From the NCBI GenBank assembly GCA_043821365.1, contig JBDRCX010000006.1, positions 96,001 through 160,000 of the forward strand: a stretch of 64,000 bases of DNA. Direction: 5' to 3'. The notes under the pieces are model-generated. The model saw nothing but the letters and a program-made list of their open reading frames with translations. It made no database searches and was not told the origin of the DNA. The first letter of the stretch is position 1. The number at the start of each line of letters is the position of its first letter. The stretch comes from Candidatus Micrarchaeota archaeon. GTDB lineage: Archaea; Micrarchaeota; Micrarchaeia; Anstonellales; Bilamarchaeaceae. Positions 57,698 through 64,000 of the stretch are shown piece after piece. Both the position numbers and the translations under genes were made by a program.

Positions 57698-58972
57698 TTA
57701 TTTTTTGGATTTGTACGGATTAAACAGCTCTATTATAACTAATTCTTCACTACATGCAAGATGAGATGGGGAGTTTCTGAATTCCTTGAAAAAGTCGTGA
57801 ATTGCATCTCTTAACCTTATAACTGGGCGTTTCACCTGGGCATAAATTTTCTTGTTTTTGATTATGAATTTGGCTTTTCGATGTGATAATTTGAATTTCA
57901 TAAGATGATCTTCCATTTCTATCGGAGGGCCCTCTACCAACATTTTAACAGGCATTTTATCATCAGCAACAATAACAGCTAAACGCACAAGGTGCTTATG
58001 ATCATCTGCAATTATTTTTGGATCATATTCCTCAAGATGATTAGTTAGTTGGTGGATCATTTTGTAGATCTGCCCCCACAAAACATCGTCGACTATATCT
58101 GGCCGTGGCATGGAAATTAAATATGTTTTTTTATTTTTGGATGAAGAAATTATTTTTTGCTCGAATGTTGGTATTTGTTTAAAGAAAAAAGATTCAGATG
58201 GTTTCTTTAGGAATTTTTGACATGTTTTCATGAATAAACGTAGATTTTCCTTAGAAACCGCAGCTGCAACATTTCTGTTCTTATCGGTTGGATCTATAAT
58301 AACAAAATCACCAAATTTCTCAAAAACATGATTAAACTCATTTTTCTTATAATATTTTTTCAGATCTATTAGGATGTGTTCTTTCCATTTTGACACAGCC
58401 TTCAGAAGTTTTTGGAAATTTCCATATTTGATAATTAAAAGTTCGCATAAATATCCTGAAAATCCCTTAATCTTTATCTCTGCACCATAGAGTGAATTTG
58501 CATGAAGGAATTTTTTCAAAAGTAAAACATCATCAATATTGGTTTTTTTGAGATGAGACTTTACAAATTCTGTATGTAGAACAGATCGATCAACTGCACT
58601 TAATCTTTCTGATGCATCTGATATTTTATATGCTGGAACAAGATCTATGCTCCTGCCCTCGTACTTGAATCTTGCATATGGATGTTCAGCATAACTAAAT
58701 TGATAGTGAATATTTGGGAAACATGATAGCATGATTTTTTTCAAGGTTGGCTCAAATGAGCTTTTGGAAGCTGATTTTGGAAACAACACAAAAATATCAA
58801 CATCTTTTTTATCATGAAGAAATGTCTTTTTTGCCATTGAACCAGTCAAAACCACCTCACATTTACGCGGAACATGTGCCTTAATACGAAATAAAAGAAT
58901 ATTGCAAAAATTGATTTCACGTTCTAGTTCATGGGGAGATGGCTTGATTTTTGCTAAAACTCTAGAAAGCAT
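57698..58972 (-). CDS. cca: CCA-adding enzyme (class I, archaeal)
   Basis: LTGSMAKKTFL..KDVDIFV, YAEHPY, DLVP, VDRSVLHT, YGAE..IKGFSGYLCELL, IDPTD..RNVAAA. ATG 58972. Confidence 0.95.
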   Translation of the reverse strand: MLSRVLAKIKPSPHELEREINFCNILLFRIKAHVPRKCEVVLTGSMAKKTFLHDKKDVDIFVLFPKSASKSSFEPTLKKIMLSCFPNIHYQFSYAEHPYARFKYEGRSIDLVPAYKISDASERLSAVDRSVLHTEFVKSHLKKTNIDDVLLLKKFLHANSLYGAEIKIKGFSGYLCELLIIKYGNFQKLLKAVSKWKEHILIDLKKYYKKNEFNHVFEKFGDFVIIDPTDKNRNVAAAVSKENLRLFMKTCQKFLKKPSESFFFKQIPTFEQKIISSSKNKKTYLISMPRPDIVDDVLWGQIYKMIHQLTNHLEEYDPKIIADDHKHLVRLAVIVADDKMPVKMLVEGPPIEMEDHLMKFKLSHRKAKFIIKNKKIYAQVKRPVIRLRDAIHDFFKEFRNSPSHLACSEELVIIELFNPYKSKK

Positions 58973-59024
58973 ATAATAGGCTAACCTCGCAAAGATTTTA
59001 AAAGAACAATATGGAAACACAATC

Positions 59025-61283
59025 ATGCGCAGACTGATGGTACTAGTACTACTGTTTTTCCTAGGATTTGGGTGTCTTGAAGAACATAACTTCCCAAGTG
59101 ACAAAGCTGAACAATTGATTTCCCTGCATGCAGTTGATTTAGATAGCGATGGCAATGTTGATTATTCTGTTTATGATTATTCTCCATTCTCAATCAACGG
59201 AATGGTAGTGGAAAGGCAAGTAACTGTTTCTGTTAGGACAAGTGCAAGTTATGTTTCTTATAATCCTGCATTAACCGACGTCAGTTTACTACAAGCAGAT
59301 CAAAGTTTAGAAGAATTTACCAAATCAAGAAGCCAGGCAGATCTTGAATGCGGAAATAACTTAGGTGTAAGTAATGTTGTCTGTTCTAACACACCCACAT
59401 GTAAAGAACTTTGTTCTGCCGCATCATTAAAATGTAAAAAAATCGCAGCTTATTATGAAGAACCTTTAGCAGATTCCATATTATCTTATATTAAGGATAA
59501 TAATGACCTGAGAACTCTGATTATGAGTACACGGAAAAATGTACTTACATTGAGAGTGGCAAGCGATGAGGATAGGAACGAATTTTTACAGGATACGAGA
59601 GAGATTGTTGCGAGGATAGCAGACATAAATGCAAATCCAGTTTATACTAATGAGAATTTTGATCTTTGTAGTTATTCTGATTTTGGTGTATTGTATGTGC
59701 TTGAAGCAGCAAAACAAATAGGAGATTATGAAACACAAAATGAAGAATACACCTATCGAGTTATCATATCAATAAAACCAACAGAAAACAATGAGGATGA
59801 CCTTACACTTGGAGGTGTGGGCATAGTTGACAATATCCCCACAAGCGTCATCCTCAATCAAGAGAACATATCTTCAAGACAAAGTATAGTTACAAACGTA
59901 GAAGGAAATAACGTTGTCATACACTGGGATTCAAGCAAAAGTTCACAGGAGGGGTATGTTGTACTTTATAGTTTTATTTCAACTGCACCACCAGAAACTG
60001 CACTTGCTAGTTTGAAAGTACCAGAGGTAAAAACGAAAAAAATCAGTTTGATTATACTTGCTCCAACAAATGCAGCATTATTGAGTTTGGCAGGTCTTTT
60101 GGGTAATTATTATGTTTCATATGGTTTAGCAACAGGCTTCACACTTTCTGCATTATTTTTCCTATACACAATAACTGTACTGATACTAACCACATTAAAT
60201 GAAAAAGCAGGGGGAGCCACTTTCCTTACTGGATTTAGAAAAGCATTTGGAAGAACAGACATAAGATGGAAAACAGACGTGGTTATTGCATTTATACTGT
60301 TGGCAGCTGGATATTATATAGCAGCTGTTATGACAACACCACCTCAAACAATATATGGCATCCTAGAATCAATAGATTTCTTACTTAGAAACGATATGGG
60401 GATGATAAGCATCACATTGATTTTCATGGGAGTTGTGATGACTTATATGGCAATTGAAAACTTCATAAAAATAATAATACTTGAACGTGCCTATGGTATG
60501 GTCATACGACAAGAAAAAGACCTTTATCTTGCTAAAACAGCAACATTAAAAGATAAGATAAAGGAGCTTGGAAAACTTATAGATGACGACATAAAAGAAG
60601 ATTTCGATGTAAGTAAGGAATATGATGTTTATTCTTCAGTGAAAGTTGAAAGGGTAGATGAATTAGCAAAAGATTCCAATGCACGTAACAGAGCACTTAT
60701 AGAAGAACAACTTGTGCATGTTGAAAATGCCATAGGAAGCTTAAAGGAGAGAAAGAAAATAGCTGATGACAACTGGGTAAAATGGAAGGAGAATATTGCA
60801 AAATTGCTTGATGAACATGGAGAAGTATATGCTGCATCATTAGTAACTGTCCCGGCATCATTAAGGCCATGGGCACTTAGTAAGTATGTAAAAGAATCTG
60901 CTGCAGAAGGAGTATTCTTTGAGAGAGATGCATTGAAAAAACGCCACCTAACCCCAGGCCAACTTGCAGAAGAGATGGTGGAAAAGGGATTATTGAATGG
61001 AGCAGTTGTTCTGAAACAAGGGAAAGTGATTGTTTCGGAATTTGCCAAACAAAACGCAACAGTACAAACAGCACTTACGATAAAATTAATGACCTACCTA
61101 GGTTCATTAGCCAAAAACCTGGGGCAGCATGAACAACAGAGTTTTGTTTCCATAGGTGAAAAAGAAGTTATTGTGATGATGAAATATAATAACAATGATG
61201 CGATTCTTTTCATGAGTAAAGACAAATTCAAAGATGCTGTAGAACATTGGAAAGCAAAAACAAAGATAATTGAGAATAGCTAG
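59025..61283 (+). CDS. Large lipoprotein-signal, multi-TM protein with cytoplasmic coiled coil and C-terminal alpha/beta domain
   Basis: LGFGC lipobox-like motif, DLDSDGNVD, Cys-rich segment, about 5 TMs, then a charged helical region. Confidence 0.8.
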   Translation: MRRLMVLVLLFFLGFGCLEEHNFPSDKAEQLISLHAVDLDSDGNVDYSVYDYSPFSINGMVVERQVTVSVRTSASYVSYNPALTDVSLLQADQSLEEFTKSRSQADLECGNNLGVSNVVCSNTPTCKELCSAASLKCKKIAAYYEEPLADSILSYIKDNNDLRTLIMSTRKNVLTLRVASDEDRNEFLQDTREIVARIADINANPVYTNENFDLCSYSDFGVLYVLEAAKQIGDYETQNEEYTYRVIISIKPTENNEDDLTLGGVGIVDNIPTSVILNQENISSRQSIVTNVEGNNVVIHWDSSKSSQEGYVVLYSFISTAPPETALASLKVPEVKTKKISLIILAPTNAALLSLAGLLGNYYVSYGLATGFTLSALFFLYTITVLILTTLNEKAGGATFLTGFRKAFGRTDIRWKTDVVIAFILLAAGYYIAAVMTTPPQTIYGILESIDFLLRNDMGMISITLIFMGVVMTYMAIENFIKIIILERAYGMVIRQEKDLYLAKTATLKDKIKELGKLIDDDIKEDFDVSKEYDVYSSVKVERVDELAKDSNARNRALIEEQLVHVENAIGSLKERKKIADDNWVKWKENIAKLLDEHGEVYAASLVTVPASLRPWALSKYVKESAAEGVFFERDALKKRHLTPGQLAEEMVEKGLLNGAVVLKQGKVIVSEFAKQNATVQTALTIKLMTYLGSLAKNLGQHEQQSFVSIGEKEVIVMMKYNNNDAILFMSKDKFKDAVEHWKAKTKIIENS

Positions 61284-61366
61284 TTTTTTGCTATGGGAGA
61301 CATACCCACAATGAAATATTTTTAAACACCTGTCCATATTAGTCAGTACCAATACGGTGATTAGAT

Positions 61367-61978
61367 ATGAGTAGAGGCGGAGAAAGAAGAAATGATCCAT
61401 TAGTAACTAAAAGCAATCTAACTTGTGTTGAAGTAGGTGGATCTAGATATTTATGTATTTTTTCAGGACAAAAAGGAAGGAAACGGATTCTAGAAATAGC
61501 AAGAGTCATTAACCCCATGGGCGACAGAAACGGAGCAAATCTAGCTGCAAGAAAGTTGTGTGAAAAAGGTACAAAAGCATTTGTTGGACTTGACACTGAA
61601 GGGGGGGTTTATGTTGCAGAAGAACTTAACCTACGTAAAAGTGCAGATGTAGCTGAGACGATACTTGCAGAAAGAAATGGAAATGGTCAAAGAAGGGAAT
61701 TTACACAGCACCATGGTGCATATGGGTGTGGACCTGAGATGGTAGTTGACCATACCAATTGGGCAGAAGAAGTGGCATTGAGATATTTAGATATGCCACC
61801 AGACACTGTAAGAATTAATGCAGTAGACCAATTGCCAGGATTATGTGGTAGTGATAGAGCAAAAAGAGCAGCATTGGTTACTGCATTGCACACAGTTGCA
61901 GATTTGGTTGAACAAGGTCATGCCACAGTAATTAGATTGGTTGCCGGTGAATTGGAACAGGGAACCTTACATCTTTAA
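61367..61978 (+). CDS. Hypothetical (orphan) protein
   Basis: GGTGA SD before ATG; 203 aa. Confidence 0.7.
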   Translation: MSRGGERRNDPLVTKSNLTCVEVGGSRYLCIFSGQKGRKRILEIARVINPMGDRNGANLAARKLCEKGTKAFVGLDTEGGVYVAEELNLRKSADVAETILAERNGNGQRREFTQHHGAYGCGPEMVVDHTNWAEEVALRYLDMPPDTVRINAVDQLPGLCGSDRAKRAALVTALHTVADLVEQGHATVIRLVAGELEQGTLHL

Positions 61979-62071
61979 TTTTTTCAATAAAATCCATCCC
62001 TTTTTAAAGGCTTTTTTGCAATAATTCTATAGTTAAAAATAGGCTTAGAAATCATATTCTCTACGACGTGA

Positions 62072-63988
<1,917 letters not shown>

Positions 63989-64000
63989 AATTGATGAAAT

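Noticed and set aside
57698-59155. Extended N-terminus of the CCA enzyme, overlapping the next gene
   Set aside because: It overlaps the divergent 59025 gene; homology begins at MLSRVL (58972). The same reasoning applies to the extensions of 40952..42235, 46724..48277, 4058..4891 and 23124..23570.

Overview
AT-rich, gene-dense archaeal chromosomal segment. Markers include a group II chaperonin, SRP54, PolB with a PIP box, RpoK, NurA, Pus10, a class I CCA-adding enzyme, GGGP synthase and a geranylgeranyl reductase, plus a bacterial-type gyrB. The mix of compact housekeeping genes, gyrase and many interspersed orphans suggests a DPANN archaeon, probably Micrarchaeota-like (inference; no phylogeny run). 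I call about 64 CDS, one tRNA-Gly(GCC) and one RNase P RNA. No CRISPR array, transposase, integrase or rRNA was seen. The ORF track misses or mis-calls a radical SAM gene running off the left edge, rpoK, the RNase P RNA, the tRNA, and the true pyrE start (probably CTG). Main highlights: (1) the RNase P RNA has a type-M-like core (no P8, short P15) but two GNRA-capped hairpins where bacteria have P18; (2) its P3 and P12 are each capped by similar triple-hairpin modules, and one hairpin recurs with a compensatory change upstream of srp54; (3) a chromosomal split VirB4/CedB-like ATPase cluster with a candidate VirB6/CedA-like membrane protein; (4) unusual architectures: a HEAT+OB-fold fusion, a triple excisionase-like HTH next to polB, a tandem GmhA-like SIS protein with an FAH enzyme, an ankyrin-membrane protein, and a 752-aa receptor-like lipoprotein.
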